Positions 35,021 through 45,775 of a DNA stretch of 64,000 nucleotides are shown piece by piece. The notes under the pieces are model-generated. The model was not told where the DNA came from and searched no databases. It saw only the letters and a program-made list of their open reading frames with translations. Location of the stretch: positions 30,210-94,209 of the IMG/VR virus record IMGVR_UViG_3300022932_000015; one strand, 5' to 3'. This stretch comes from a virus. The position numbers were made by a program, and so were the translations under genes. Each line of letters opens with the position of its first letter. The stretch's first letter is position 1.

Positions 35021-37593
35021 TGGATAATAAAGACTCATATAACAATGGTGGCAGTAGCTCACTACCTCAACAAAAATTACCTTTTAGCAAGAAGAATAAG
35101 GAATGGGGTAAGGCTTGTATAAATCACTACTCAAACTACAGATATACTAATGGGACCAATATTAGATCAGAGAGGTTTAAGAAGTTAATAAACTATGATC
35201 TATACAATGGGAAGGTAAATTTTAAGGATGTAGAGAATATCTGTAATCCAATGGGATTAGCTGATTCTACATGGGCTAGTAGATTTCAACACTATGACAT
35301 TATATCTGAACCTATAAGATTACTTATTGGAGAAGAGACAAAAAGACCTGATAATCATATAGTTGTCTCGGAATCTCCATTAGATATTAATAGAAAGAGT
35401 CAAGCTTTGAAGGATAAAATCATGGCTTTCCTAGAAGACTCTTTAGTAGCTAAAATTGATCCTAGTCAAATAGATCCAAATAACCCTCCTCAAACACCTG
35501 AACAAATATTAAAATTTGAGAAGTATACACCTTCTGATATAATAGAACATAAGTCAAATCAATTACTTAAGGTTCTGAAGAAAAAAATAAATACTAAATT
35601 ACTATTCTCCCAAGGCTGGAAGGATGCCTTGATAGCTGGAGAAGAGATCTATTGGATAGGTATACTAAACAATGAAGTATCAATGAAAAGAGTTAATCCA
35701 ATTAACTTAACTGTTATACTTGATGATGATACCAACTATATTGATGATGCTATTGCAATTGTTGAGGAAAGAATGCTAACAGTCTCAACAATACTTGATG
35801 AGTTTGGAGATGATTTAAAACCAGGAGACTTTGATAAATTGAATGATTACTCAAGAGGTGTATTTGGTAGCTTTATGAATGCTGGTGGTTATGAACCACA
35901 GTTTGAAGTAATAAATGATCAAAATGCTTTTGTTGGTGTTACTCCAACTAATGTAACTGGAAACAATAATGCTCAGAACTATGCAATAAGAGTAACCAGA
36001 GTAGAGTGGAAATCTATGCAAGAGATTGGTGAACTAACATATACTGATGAAAATGGTGAGATAGTAGTACAGATAATTGATGAAAACTTTAACTTAAAAC
36101 TGTTCAAAGAAGTTTATCCTGATGCATTAGTAGAATGGTTTTGGATTAATCAGGCTTGGGAAGGTGTTAAGATAGGTCAAGATGTCTATGTTGGAGTTAG
36201 ACCGAAACCAAATCAAAGACGTAGAATGGATAATCCATATTACTGTAGATTAGGTTATACTGGGTTTATTTATGAAGCAACTAACTCACAATCAGTTAGT
36301 TTAGTAGATAGATTGAAACCTTATCAATACTTATATGATATTATAGCTTACAGACTTGAGATTGCTTTTGCTTCAGATAAAGGTAAAGTATTCTTAATGG
36401 ACTTAGCTCAAGTTCCACAAAGTCATGGAATGGATTTAGAGCAATGGATGCATTATCTAAAAGAGATGGGTATTGCATTTGTCAATAGTTTTGAGGAGGG
36501 GAAGAAGGGTGCTACAGTTGGGCAAACATCAAGATTCAACCAATTCCAGGCTTTAGATCTAAGCCTAGCACAATCTATTCAGCAATATATAAATATGCTG
36601 GATTATATAAAGAACCAAGTATACTTTGTATCTGGTGTGACTCCACAAAGATTAGGAGCTATTAACAATACAGAACTTGTTGGAAATGTAGATAGAGCTG
36701 TAACACAGTCAGCACTAATTACTGAATACCTCTATGAAGCTCATGGAGAGGTTAAGAGAAGGGCATATACTTCAATGATAGAAGTTGCTAAGATAGCTTA
36801 TAAGAATGGTCTAACCACACAGTATGTGTTAGATGACATGGGTATTGAGACATTAAATATAGAGGAACTTGAATTTGAGAATTCTGAATTTAGTGTATTT
36901 GCATCTAATAATTCTAGAGATTTAGATCTTAAAGCTAAATTAGATCAGTTAGTACAAGTAGCTATGCAAACAGAAAAAGCAGATTTATCTACTGTAATTG
37001 ATGTGTTAATAAATGATTCTCCTAGAGATATCATAAGAACCTTACAGAAATCAGAAGAGGAATTCTACCAAAGAAAACAACAAGAAGCTGAAAATCAAAA
37101 CCAACTTCAAGCTCAAGTACAAGAACTTCAGGCTAAAATGCATGAAGAACAACTACAAGATAAACAAGCTGATAGAGAATTAAATCAATATATTGCTGAT
37201 ACTAACAACTCTACTAAGATTGAAGTAGCTACAATAAATGCATTATCTGGTAAGGATGGTCCTAGTGATATGGATGGTAATGGTGTACCAGATGCCATAG
37301 AAGTAGGTAAGCTTGCTCAATCAGAAAGAGAGTTAGCTGCTAAAAACTTCATGGAACAAAGCAAATTAGTACATGAGAAATATAAGCATGAAAAAGAAAT
37401 CTCATTAAAAGAGAAGGAGATAAACTCTAAGAATGATATTGAGAACAAAAAGCTGGAACAAATAAAGGTTCAAAATAAAAACCAAATAGAGTTAGCTGAC
37501 AAAAAAGCTAAACTAGATAAGGAACTAATGGACAAAAAAGTACAGATAGAGAAAATAAAGCTCAGAGGTAAGTCTAATGCAAAAAAGAAATAA
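35020..37593 (+). CDS. portal protein
   Basis: 857 aa after TerL; SLVDRLKPYQYLY, GV..QRLG; long C-terminal coiled coil; crAss-like gene order. Confidence 0.88.
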   Translation: MDNKDSYNNGGSSSLPQQKLPFSKKNKEWGKACINHYSNYRYTNGTNIRSERFKKLINYDLYNGKVNFKDVENICNPMGLADSTWASRFQHYDIISEPIRLLIGEETKRPDNHIVVSESPLDINRKSQALKDKIMAFLEDSLVAKIDPSQIDPNNPPQTPEQILKFEKYTPSDIIEHKSNQLLKVLKKKINTKLLFSQGWKDALIAGEEIYWIGILNNEVSMKRVNPINLTVILDDDTNYIDDAIAIVEERMLTVSTILDEFGDDLKPGDFDKLNDYSRGVFGSFMNAGGYEPQFEVINDQNAFVGVTPTNVTGNNNAQNYAIRVTRVEWKSMQEIGELTYTDENGEIVVQIIDENFNLKLFKEVYPDALVEWFWINQAWEGVKIGQDVYVGVRPKPNQRRRMDNPYYCRLGYTGFIYEATNSQSVSLVDRLKPYQYLYDIIAYRLEIAFASDKGKVFLMDLAQVPQSHGMDLEQWMHYLKEMGIAFVNSFEEGKKGATVGQTSRFNQFQALDLSLAQSIQQYINMLDYIKNQVYFVSGVTPQRLGAINNTELVGNVDRAVTQSALITEYLYEAHGEVKRRAYTSMIEVAKIAYKNGLTTQYVLDDMGIETLNIEELEFENSEFSVFASNNSRDLDLKAKLDQLVQVAMQTEKADLSTVIDVLINDSPRDIIRTLQKSEEEFYQRKQQEAENQNQLQAQVQELQAKMHEEQLQDKQADRELNQYIADTNNSTKIEVATINALSGKDGPSDMDGNGVPDAIEVGKLAQSERELAAKNFMEQSKLVHEKYKHEKEISLKEKEINSKNDIENKKLEQIKVQNKNQIELADKKAKLDKELMDKKVQIEKIKLRGKSNAKKK

Positions 37594-37692
37594 TACAATA
37601 ATAGCTATATAAACTAAATCAAAATAACAGCAAAATATACTTGCAAAGTATAACAAAATCAATTATATTATAAATAATAAAGGGTAAACAAA

Positions 37693-38844
37693 ATGAGTAC
37701 AAAAAACAAGGAAGACAAACAAGGTCAAGTTAATCTTTTAAAAGATTCAATTTTTGATGATGGAACTGATATAATCTTTAATGCAGATGATACAGTAATT
37801 GATGATGAAGTAGAGAACAATCAGGATGATGTTGTAAGTCATGATGAAATCACAGGTGAACCAACTAATGAAGAAGAAAAGAAAGAACCTGAGAAAGTAG
37901 CACCTACTAAAAAACCAGTTAAATTTGAAGCGAAAGAAGTTACTAAAGTAGAAGAGGAAGCTGTTGAAGAACAACATGCATCCCAGATAGCAGTAGTGGC
38001 ATCATTCTTAGGAGAAAGTGGTATTGTTGATTATGACCCAGAAAAATTTGAAGATTCTGAAGAAGGATTAAGAACTTTAGTTAAGGATTCAATTTCCAAG
38101 GGAATTGATGAATACAAAAAAAGTAAGCCTGAAGATATTCAGTTATTTTTAGACTTCGTAGATGCAGGAGGAGATCCTAGAAAATTCCACGAAGTATATT
38201 ATAACAGTACATCTTGGGAAAAATTTGAAGTAAAAGATGATAACTCTGCCAAATATGTTGTAGAGGAATATCTTAGAAGTAGAGGAGATGGTGAAGAAGA
38301 GATCAAGGAAAAGATTGAAGTTTTTGAAACTGGTGGGATACTAGAAAAAGAAGCAAAAAGAAACTTAGCTAGACTTCAAAAAGAAGAATTAGATAATAAA
38401 GCAACTCTTTTGGAACATCAAAAAAGATATGATGATGAACAAAGAGAAATGGCTAAAAAAGAATACGAAGAATTTAAAAAAGACTTCTATTCAAAAGAAG
38501 AGTTAAATGGTTTTAAATTAACACCAGCAGTAAAAGATAAGTTATGGGGATTTATGACTAGCTCAGATAAGAAGACTGGACTGACACCATTACAAAAACA
38601 CAATCAAGAGAACACCAATGCCCAATATTTATATGCTTATTTAGCAATGAATAACTGGAACTTGGAAACATTGCTAACAAAAGAAAAAACAAAAATACAC
38701 AGTGAATTAGCTGATAAACTTAGAAACTCTACAAAAGATAGTAGATCTAAAATAAAATCAGGTCAACAAGATTCATTCACTGATGAAAAGACCTCTAGTG
38801 GCTTTAGCCTATTTAGACAAGCTTTAGAGAATAACAAAATATAA
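37693..38844 (+). CDS. putative scaffold / head assembly protein
   Basis: Highly acidic, helical, between portal and MCP. Confidence 0.6.
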   Translation: MSTKNKEDKQGQVNLLKDSIFDDGTDIIFNADDTVIDDEVENNQDDVVSHDEITGEPTNEEEKKEPEKVAPTKKPVKFEAKEVTKVEEEAVEEQHASQIAVVASFLGESGIVDYDPEKFEDSEEGLRTLVKDSISKGIDEYKKSKPEDIQLFLDFVDAGGDPRKFHEVYYNSTSWEKFEVKDDNSAKYVVEEYLRSRGDGEEEIKEKIEVFETGGILEKEAKRNLARLQKEELDNKATLLEHQKRYDDEQREMAKKEYEEFKKDFYSKEELNGFKLTPAVKDKLWGFMTSSDKKTGLTPLQKHNQENTNAQYLYAYLAMNNWNLETLLTKEKTKIHSELADKLRNSTKDSRSKIKSGQQDSFTDEKTSSGFSLFRQALENNKI

Positions 38845-38875
38845 GATTATTATTAACTTAAAATAAATAAACAAA

Positions 38876-40327
38876 ATGCAAATTAGTCCATTACAAATAA
38901 CAAACATGAATTGGCATGCTGGGTTAACTCAAGATACCCACTTATCCAACTTTTTCATGACTGAACCAGATATTGCTAGTCAGATAGTTACACGTATTTA
39001 TAACAGATCAAATGGTTATAAAAATGCTTTATCTTACTTGACAGGTGGTATGGGTAAATCAAAAGAAATAAATGGTATCCAATATCGTTGGAATATCATA
39101 GGAGACAGCAAAAAAGCAATTATGATTTCAAGAGCAGCATTTGATGGTGCAGGATCTCTTGGTATCAATAACACAACTTTTAAAATTGGAGTAGCTGAAA
39201 AATGGTTCACTGAAGGTGACGTTTTAATTCCAGATGATCCAAGATTCCAAATGAGAGTTATGGGTGAACCAACTAATGATGGTTCAGATTATATCTTAAC
39301 TTTACAATTAGTAACAAACGATGCTACATTATTTGTACCAAGTTCATTGTTATCAGTTGGAAAAGAAGTTTCTAAAGAGTTTAATATCGTAGAACATGAT
39401 CACTCTAGAACATCTGGAGAAACGACATATTCTACTCCATTAATGTTAGAAAACTACATGGCTACATTAAGAAAGAAATATTCGGTAACAGGAGCTGCTC
39501 ACAGTCGTGTTATGTGTATTACTATTCAAAATTCAGAAACAGGTGAAAAAACAACTTCTTGGGTGAAATATGCTGAGTGGGAATTTTGGAAACAGTTTAT
39601 GGATGAGATTGAAATCCACTTAATGTATGGTCAATCTAACGTTAAATCTAATGGTACTACAAGTCTTAAAGGTGCATCAGGTAATGCTATCTTTACTGGT
39701 GGTGGTTTAGAATCACAAATTGCTCCAGGTAACAAACGTTTATATACTACTTTATCAGAAAAAACTATTCGTGATTTCATGGATGATTTATCTTATAATG
39801 GTACAGAAGATGGTCCTAGAGAATATGTAGCTTTATGTGGTAGAGGATTTATGAATCTATTTGATCAAGCTATGAAACGTTCAGTAGGTGCACTTAGTTT
39901 AGTAGATAGTCATTTTGTTTCAGGTTCAGGACAAAACCTTCAATTAGAAGGACAATTCTTGAAATACACTGGATTGAATGGTGATAAAATTACTTTAAAA
40001 GAATATGCTCCATATAATGATCCATTCAGAAATAGGTTAGTTAATCCTCAAACAGGTAAACCTGCTGAGTCTTACAAAGCAACTTTCTTGAACTTCAAAT
40101 CTTATAACAAAGGTGAAGCAAATATCCAAAAAGTATACAATAAAGATCGTGAAATGGTAACTACTTATGTAGAAGGTATGTACGGTCCTTATGGTCCTAA
40201 GAAAAATGGATCTTCTGCTAGTTCAGTAGATGGATATGTATTTGAGGCTATGACAGAATGTGGTATCATGTTAAAAGATCCTACAGATGCAGCACAATTA
40301 ATTCTTGACGTTGATAACTTATCTTAA
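38876..40327 (+). CDS. major capsid protein
   Basis: 483 aa after portal and scaffold; followed by a strong terminator; crAss-like size and synteny. Confidence 0.88.
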   Translation: MQISPLQITNMNWHAGLTQDTHLSNFFMTEPDIASQIVTRIYNRSNGYKNALSYLTGGMGKSKEINGIQYRWNIIGDSKKAIMISRAAFDGAGSLGINNTTFKIGVAEKWFTEGDVLIPDDPRFQMRVMGEPTNDGSDYILTLQLVTNDATLFVPSSLLSVGKEVSKEFNIVEHDHSRTSGETTYSTPLMLENYMATLRKKYSVTGAAHSRVMCITIQNSETGEKTTSWVKYAEWEFWKQFMDEIEIHLMYGQSNVKSNGTTSLKGASGNAIFTGGGLESQIAPGNKRLYTTLSEKTIRDFMDDLSYNGTEDGPREYVALCGRGFMNLFDQAMKRSVGALSLVDSHFVSGSGQNLQLEGQFLKYTGLNGDKITLKEYAPYNDPFRNRLVNPQTGKPAESYKATFLNFKSYNKGEANIQKVYNKDREMVTTYVEGMYGPYGPKKNGSSASSVDGYVFEAMTECGIMLKDPTDAAQLILDVDNLS

Positions 40328-40340
40328 AATAAAAGGTTTT

Positions 40341-40369
40341 AAGGAGTGTACCTTAACACTCCTTTTTTT
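40341..40369 (+). terminator. rho-independent terminator after MCP
   Basis: AAGGAGTGT-ACCTTA-ACACTCCTT followed by a T tract. Confidence 0.85.
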
Positions 40370-40399
40370 AAAAAAGGGAAAATTAAATAAAAAACAATT

Positions 40400-41191
40400 A
40401 TGGGAGAGATTAAACAAATCATTGTAAGACCAGTAGTACGAACTAAATTTTCAGGAGTATCTTCATATGCAAGAACTCAAACTATAATCCAAGGAGCTCA
40501 GTTAGATAAAACAGGGTTATATAAAACAGGATTAACTAGTGAAGAACAAGAACATTTTGAAGTAGAATTAGGTCTTAGAAAAGGTGAATTAAACAAAAGA
40601 AGTCCTTTCTGGGGAGATCTAGAAATAAGACTAAATAATGACAAAATTACAATATTTACAATTGTAAGTCCATTGGATGAATTAAAATATAAAGTGATGT
40701 TAGCACACAGTAAAATTGCTAACTCAGAAGTTGAAGTAGGTAAATCAGCAGACTGTCAGTTCTTTATATATGATCCAGAGGCAGCAGCTCAAATAGAATC
40801 AGCTAAGATTGATTATGAATTAGAAGCTATAGAAGCATTTAGTTCAATGTCCTTAGAACAGAGAAAAAACCTATTAAGAGTTTATGGAAAACGTGGAGTA
40901 GAAGATATGAGTGAAACAATGGTTAGAGCAGAACTTTATAAGAAAATGAAGGAAAATGCTAAGGAATTCATTGAATACTCATCTAAAAAGGAAACACAAG
41001 TAAAAGGAATGATTGAAGCCTTAATTGAAAAAGGAGTAATCAAAAAGAAAGGAACCTACTTTTATAATGGAGAAGATCTATTAGGATCATCTACAGATGA
41101 AGTAGTAGGATACTTAAGTGATATTAAAAATCAAGCTGTGAAGCTAGCATTAGAAAGCAAATTGAAGAAGAAAAAAGAAGCTAAAGTTTAA
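40400..41191 (+). CDS. conserved crAss-like protein following MCP
   Basis: Synteny; GLT.EE...FE..LG...FW. Confidence 0.6.
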   Translation: MGEIKQIIVRPVVRTKFSGVSSYARTQTIIQGAQLDKTGLYKTGLTSEEQEHFEVELGLRKGELNKRSPFWGDLEIRLNNDKITIFTIVSPLDELKYKVMLAHSKIANSEVEVGKSADCQFFIYDPEAAAQIESAKIDYELEAIEAFSSMSLEQRKNLLRVYGKRGVEDMSETMVRAELYKKMKENAKEFIEYSSKKETQVKGMIEALIEKGVIKKKGTYFYNGEDLLGSSTDEVVGYLSDIKNQAVKLALESKLKKKKEAKV

Positions 41192-41193
41192 TT

Positions 41194-41886
41194 ATGGTAT
41201 CAGTAGCTCAGGCACATTTAGAATTTAAATTTAGATTAGATAAAATAGATTCTCTAAATTACCCAGGCTTTTTACCAGAGGAAATTGACTTGTTACTAAA
41301 TCAAGCTCAAGATCGAATAGTTAAACAAAGGTATGGTAAGAACAATTTAAAAAGAGAATCTTTTGAAGAAACTCAGAAGAGAATCGAAGATTTAAAGGAT
41401 ATTACCAGAAATGCATTGATAACTCCTTCAGCATATGCCTCTGATAACATTGATGTAAATGCAAGATTTGTAACATTACCTCAAGATCATTGGTTTATTG
41501 TACAAGAAAGATGTAATGTTACTTATTCAAATTGCGGAAGTACAGTAAATGACACTATTGAAGTAGTACCAGTTAATCACTCAGAGTTTTCAAAGGTAAT
41601 AAAAGATGCCTTTAAAAAACCTGGAAAAGACAAAGTTCTTAGATTAATGGAGAATGGTAGAGTTGAATTAGTTTTTGGTCAAGGTATAACTGGAGTTCTT
41701 TATAGATTGAGATTTATAAAGCAACCAACAAGAGTTCAGCTATCACCAGCCATAGAATTTGATTTTGTAAATAGTGATTTTTTAATATCAGAAATAATAG
41801 ATGAAGCAGTAAAAATAGCTTTAGAAGCTATAGAAGGAAAAAGAACTCAAACCTTTACTCCTTTAATAAACAATACTAACGAATAA
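41194..41886 (+). CDS. head-tail ring/adaptor protein
   Basis: F...LDK.DS...P.F..EEID.LLN.AQ; EI.DEAV..AL; synteny. Confidence 0.65.
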   Translation: MVSVAQAHLEFKFRLDKIDSLNYPGFLPEEIDLLLNQAQDRIVKQRYGKNNLKRESFEETQKRIEDLKDITRNALITPSAYASDNIDVNARFVTLPQDHWFIVQERCNVTYSNCGSTVNDTIEVVPVNHSEFSKVIKDAFKKPGKDKVLRLMENGRVELVFGQGITGVLYRLRFIKQPTRVQLSPAIEFDFVNSDFLISEIIDEAVKIALEAIEGKRTQTFTPLINNTNE

Positions 41887-41901
41887 AAACTAATTAAATA
41901 A

Positions 41902-42453
41902 ATGGCAAAAACAATTAAATATCCCTTAAATTACGCCTTAGGAGAGGAAAAAATGCAAGCTTTTCCAAAAGTACAGTATGAGAAAATAAAAGAGATCATT
42001 GATGCCCTTAATGGTAACAATAGTGTTTTCACTACTAATAATCTTGTGGTTAACAAGAATGTAATTAGAACTATTACACCATACACAGCTACACCAGATA
42101 ATAATACTGGATGGACATTAGCAGGTGTTAAGTTAGGTTTACTAGCAGGTGGAATTAAGACTACAAGTGTAGGAGCAATTACATTAACATTAGATTCAGT
42201 TGCTAATATAATTACATCTTTTTCTAGCGCAGGAGTAACGTTAACAACAGGATCAGTTCTAGAGTTTTTAGTAGATAACAGCCAAGGTGCTAATACTGTA
42301 ACAGTTGCAGTAGATGGAGGAGCTACTATAGCGGTAGCAACCCCTGCAATAACAGGAGGAGCTACATTAACAGTATCTACAGCAAACAAAATAGGAATGT
42401 TCCAATTATATTTAACAAGTCCAACAACAGCTATACTATCAAGATTAGTTTAA
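41902..42453 (+). CDS. putative virion structural protein
   Basis: Thr/Gly/Ala/Val-rich beta protein in the head module. Confidence 0.55.
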   Translation: MAKTIKYPLNYALGEEKMQAFPKVQYEKIKEIIDALNGNNSVFTTNNLVVNKNVIRTITPYTATPDNNTGWTLAGVKLGLLAGGIKTTSVGAITLTLDSVANIITSFSSAGVTLTTGSVLEFLVDNSQGANTVTVAVDGGATIAVATPAITGGATLTVSTANKIGMFQLYLTSPTTAILSRLV

Positions 42454-42488
42454 AAAAAATAAATAATAAAAAATTAAAAAATTAAAAA

Positions 42489-43733
42489 ATGATTCATAAA
42501 GTAACAAACATTTTTGTAGGAAATGGTTCAGCGTTAGAAACTAGTGTTTCTACATCAACTCCTGGTAAATTAGGAGTATTTGGTAATGATAATACAGTTT
42601 TAGCAGCAGCAGAAACTATTTCTACTCCAGGTAAGGAATCTATCTTTATCTCAGAAACTTATGCAGATGGTTCTAGCAAGAAATCAATGTATATCAAAGG
42701 TACTAACCTGATTAATGCAAAATCTGAAGATTATGCTCCAGCAGCACGAGAAGTTTGGGCTATTGGTTATAATCGTAAAACAGCAACAGGATTAATTGAA
42801 GTGAATGCTTCTAGTGATTATACCTTCTCTATCTTATTTAAGAATGATAAAACATTCTATTCAGTTAGACCAGAAACATTTAGATCTACTTTTACATCTT
42901 CTGCATCAGCTACTCAGTTAACTATAGCTACTCAAATTGCAGGTAGTATCAATACTAGTGCATTTAAAATCCAAGTATCTGCTGTAGTGGTAGGTAATGG
43001 TACTGGTATCTATGGTTTAACAGGTGCTACAAATTATGGTGTGGAAATCACTGCTAAAGATATTAATCAATTTACAAGCTCTACTTACAGAGAGAATCGT
43101 GTATACTTCTCAGTATATGTAGATGACTCTACAGGATTTGGAAGCCCTACAACTTGTACTCAAATTCAAGGTAACTCTCAAGGTGAAGGAACTTACAATT
43201 GGGTGTATAACTATGAAAAATACTTATACCAATATGAAGGCTTACAAAACTTAAGAATGTGGCCTACTCAAACTCAATCATTAAATGCAGTATTAACAGG
43301 TCAGTTATCAGCGGCAATTGTTCCAACAGTTACAGGTGTAATAAATCAGGATACAGTTACATTTAGTGCTTCTGTAGCAGCTATTTTAAGAGTTGGTGAA
43401 CTAGTAGAATTAGATGGTACAATGTATGAAATTAAATATTTTATCTCTACAACTGTAGCAGTTTTAACAACTCCATTGACAGCAGCTATCGCAGGTGGAT
43501 CTGCAGCTAAGGTTAAATATTTCTATGACTTAATTGTTCTTGAATTTAATGATACAAGCTTTACAACAGGACCTGATACTGTAAACCGTGCTCAAAAGGC
43601 AGTTTACATTGCTACTCCTGCTATAAATGCAGGTGGTGCTTATACATCTAACTCAACAGAGAAAGCTGCTTTAATAGCGGCATTGAATCCTTGGTTAGCT
43701 TCAACACCATTAGCTCCTGCACCTCTAGCTTAA
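42489..43733 (+). CDS. putative auxiliary capsid / structural protein
   Basis: 414 aa, beta-rich, followed by a terminator-like hairpin. Confidence 0.55.
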   Translation: MIHKVTNIFVGNGSALETSVSTSTPGKLGVFGNDNTVLAAAETISTPGKESIFISETYADGSSKKSMYIKGTNLINAKSEDYAPAAREVWAIGYNRKTATGLIEVNASSDYTFSILFKNDKTFYSVRPETFRSTFTSSASATQLTIATQIAGSINTSAFKIQVSAVVVGNGTGIYGLTGATNYGVEITAKDINQFTSSTYRENRVYFSVYVDDSTGFGSPTTCTQIQGNSQGEGTYNWVYNYEKYLYQYEGLQNLRMWPTQTQSLNAVLTGQLSAAIVPTVTGVINQDTVTFSASVAAILRVGELVELDGTMYEIKYFISTTVAVLTTPLTAAIAGGSAAKVKYFYDLIVLEFNDTSFTTGPDTVNRAQKAVYIATPAINAGGAYTSNSTEKAALIAALNPWLASTPLAPAPLA

Positions 43734-43765
43734 CTAGAGTTTTAAAATAACCCTTTTAAAAACAA

Positions 43766-43812
43766 AAACCCTCTGGTTTCATTATTCTTCCAAATAGTTT
43801 TCCAGAGGGTTT
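43766..43812 (+). terminator. stem-loop after structural gene
   Basis: AAACCCTCTGG / CCAGAGGGTTT 11-bp inverted repeat. Confidence 0.55.
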
Positions 43813-43827
43813 ATATTATTATATAAT

Positions 43828-44403
43828 ATGGCATTAAATTTGAATTTCGATACTTGTGTTATAAACAATTGTAATAGTATAAAATTTACAGAAACAACAG
43901 GTGTTTACTCAGTATCAAATACTGGAGGTTATGGAGCTCCTAATATAACATTAGGGTCTGTTTTAACTGCTGTTCTAGAAGTTACTGATCCAGGAGATGT
44001 AGTAACAAACTTAAATCTTTTTACACATGGATTACCATCCTCTAATCTTTCCTTCTCATACAGCTTTGATGCTATTGATCTAGGATTAAACAATATTATT
44101 GATGGGAAATGGAAATTCAAATATACAATTACCACAGCTTCAGCAACTTATACATTAACAAAGAATGTACTATTCTATTGTAACATGAAATGCTGTGTTA
44201 CACAAACATTATCAGATCTAGTTTTAACAGATTGCACTGATTGCAACAATAGTAACAAAGATTATGATAATTATATAAAACTATCTACATTTTTTGATTC
44301 ACTTAAGAAAGCTGCAGAATGTGGTAGTGTTTCAGAATTTACTAAAATAAAAAAAATAATTGACAAGTTATGCAAAAATAAAGACTGTAAAACTTGTAAA
44401 TAA
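43828..44403 (+). CDS. tail hub-like structural protein with Cys-rich C-terminus
   Basis: ETTG.Y...N.GGYG.PN; DGKW; C-terminal Cys cluster. Confidence 0.5.
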   Translation: MALNLNFDTCVINNCNSIKFTETTGVYSVSNTGGYGAPNITLGSVLTAVLEVTDPGDVVTNLNLFTHGLPSSNLSFSYSFDAIDLGLNNIIDGKWKFKYTITTASATYTLTKNVLFYCNMKCCVTQTLSDLVLTDCTDCNNSNKDYDNYIKLSTFFDSLKKAAECGSVSEFTKIKKIIDKLCKNKDCKTCK

Positions 44404-44428
44404 TAAATAAAATCGTTATATTAAATAT

Positions 44429-45148
44429 ATGTGTGCAGAATGCGATAAAATAGATATACCTCAAGGAGATGAAGGACCTATTGGTCCTACTGGACCAGAG
44501 GGGCCTCCAGGACCATCTGGATTAGCCAACCTAACAGTAACAGATAGTTCAACTATAGACATGTCTCTAACAGCTATAGAAGATGGTTATGACATTACTT
44601 CTAAAGTAAAATATCAATATAGCTTACTAACATTCAAATCTTTTGATAACTCCGAAGTTAGTTACCTAAATCATGTTACTACTTTTACTAATCTATTATC
44701 TCAATATAGTGGTGGTAACAAATATAATGTTTATACTCAACCAAATGATTTGGTAATAAGTAGCGGAACAGTAAATGCTTTACCTGACTTTAATAAAACT
44801 ACAGGTGTATGGACCTGTCCTAGTGATGGATATTACACAATGACAGCATATTTTGGATATACCCCAAATGTTGGGTTTGTTTGGTTAACAACAACACCTT
44901 CATTTGGTTCGGTTTATAATTATATGGTTAATATAAGTACAAATTCAATTTGGGGAGTTTCAAGCACACCATTAACTCCTGATATTAATACAGTATCTGC
45001 TGTCACAGTAACTGTAGGTAGGTTTGAAAAAATAACTGCAGGAACACAAATAGGATTAGGATATTGTAATTTATCTAGTACTAACTGTACTGGAACACCT
45101 CCAGGTATTAGTGGAATTTCTTGGAATATAACAAAAGTTTCTGATTAG
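44429..45148 (+). CDS. collagen-repeat / C1q-like fibre protein
   Basis: G-X-Y repeat GDEGPIGPTGPEGPPGPSG; FN.TTG.WTCP.DGYY C1q-like motif. Confidence 0.65.
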   Translation: MCAECDKIDIPQGDEGPIGPTGPEGPPGPSGLANLTVTDSSTIDMSLTAIEDGYDITSKVKYQYSLLTFKSFDNSEVSYLNHVTTFTNLLSQYSGGNKYNVYTQPNDLVISSGTVNALPDFNKTTGVWTCPSDGYYTMTAYFGYTPNVGFVWLTTTPSFGSVYNYMVNISTNSIWGVSSTPLTPDINTVSAVTVTVGRFEKITAGTQIGLGYCNLSSTNCTGTPPGISGISWNITKVSD

Positions 45149-45423
45149 TGACAACACAAAATATAAATATAGTATTAGCTAACGCTCTAAAATGTTCTGC
45201 AGAAAAAGCGGAAGAAATCTCAGATTTACTTTCTCAAGGAAATGAATGTGCAAATATCAAGATTAGAGAATTAAAAATACTAAATGATAGTATAAATCTA
45301 TTATTATGTTTTATGCCTAATACAGATTACAAAGAATGTTTGTCTGAAAAACAAGCAGAGAATATAATTAATAATATTATGGCAACATGTGATATATGTG
45401 ATTGTCAATTAAATCAAGAATAA
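45148..45423 (+). CDS. small Cys-containing tail hub-like protein
   Basis: ORF track; CLSE...C..C.C. Confidence 0.5.
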   Translation: MTTQNINIVLANALKCSAEKAEEISDLLSQGNECANIKIRELKILNDSINLLLCFMPNTDYKECLSEKQAENIINNIMATCDICDCQLNQE

Positions 45424-45427
45424 TATA

Positions 45428-45775
45428 ATGACACCAGATAATAGTAAATCATATTTACAGGATCTTATAAGGTTGACTAGATATAATCTAATAGCTTGCG
45501 GATTTGAAAAATTATTAGTTAGCAATACAGTGGTTGGCTTAGCTTCAATACCTGATGATGCAAAATACGCCATAATTCAGATTGAGTCAAGTATTTCAAC
45601 ACCTTCTATAAGATATTTAGAATTAGGTAATACGACATTACCAACTACTACCGTTGGCATATCTAGATCAAATTTAGATATAATGGATGTACATGGATAT
45701 CAAAATCTAGTTAACTTTAGAGCTATACAAATTAGTGCAGGAGTTCATAATTTAAACATTCAATATTACAGATAA
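45428..45775 (+). CDS. hypothetical structural protein
   Basis: ORF track. Confidence 0.55.
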   Translation: MTPDNSKSYLQDLIRLTRYNLIACGFEKLLVSNTVVGLASIPDDAKYAIIQIESSISTPSIRYLELGNTTLPTTTVGISRSNLDIMDVHGYQNLVNFRAIQISAGVHNLNIQYYR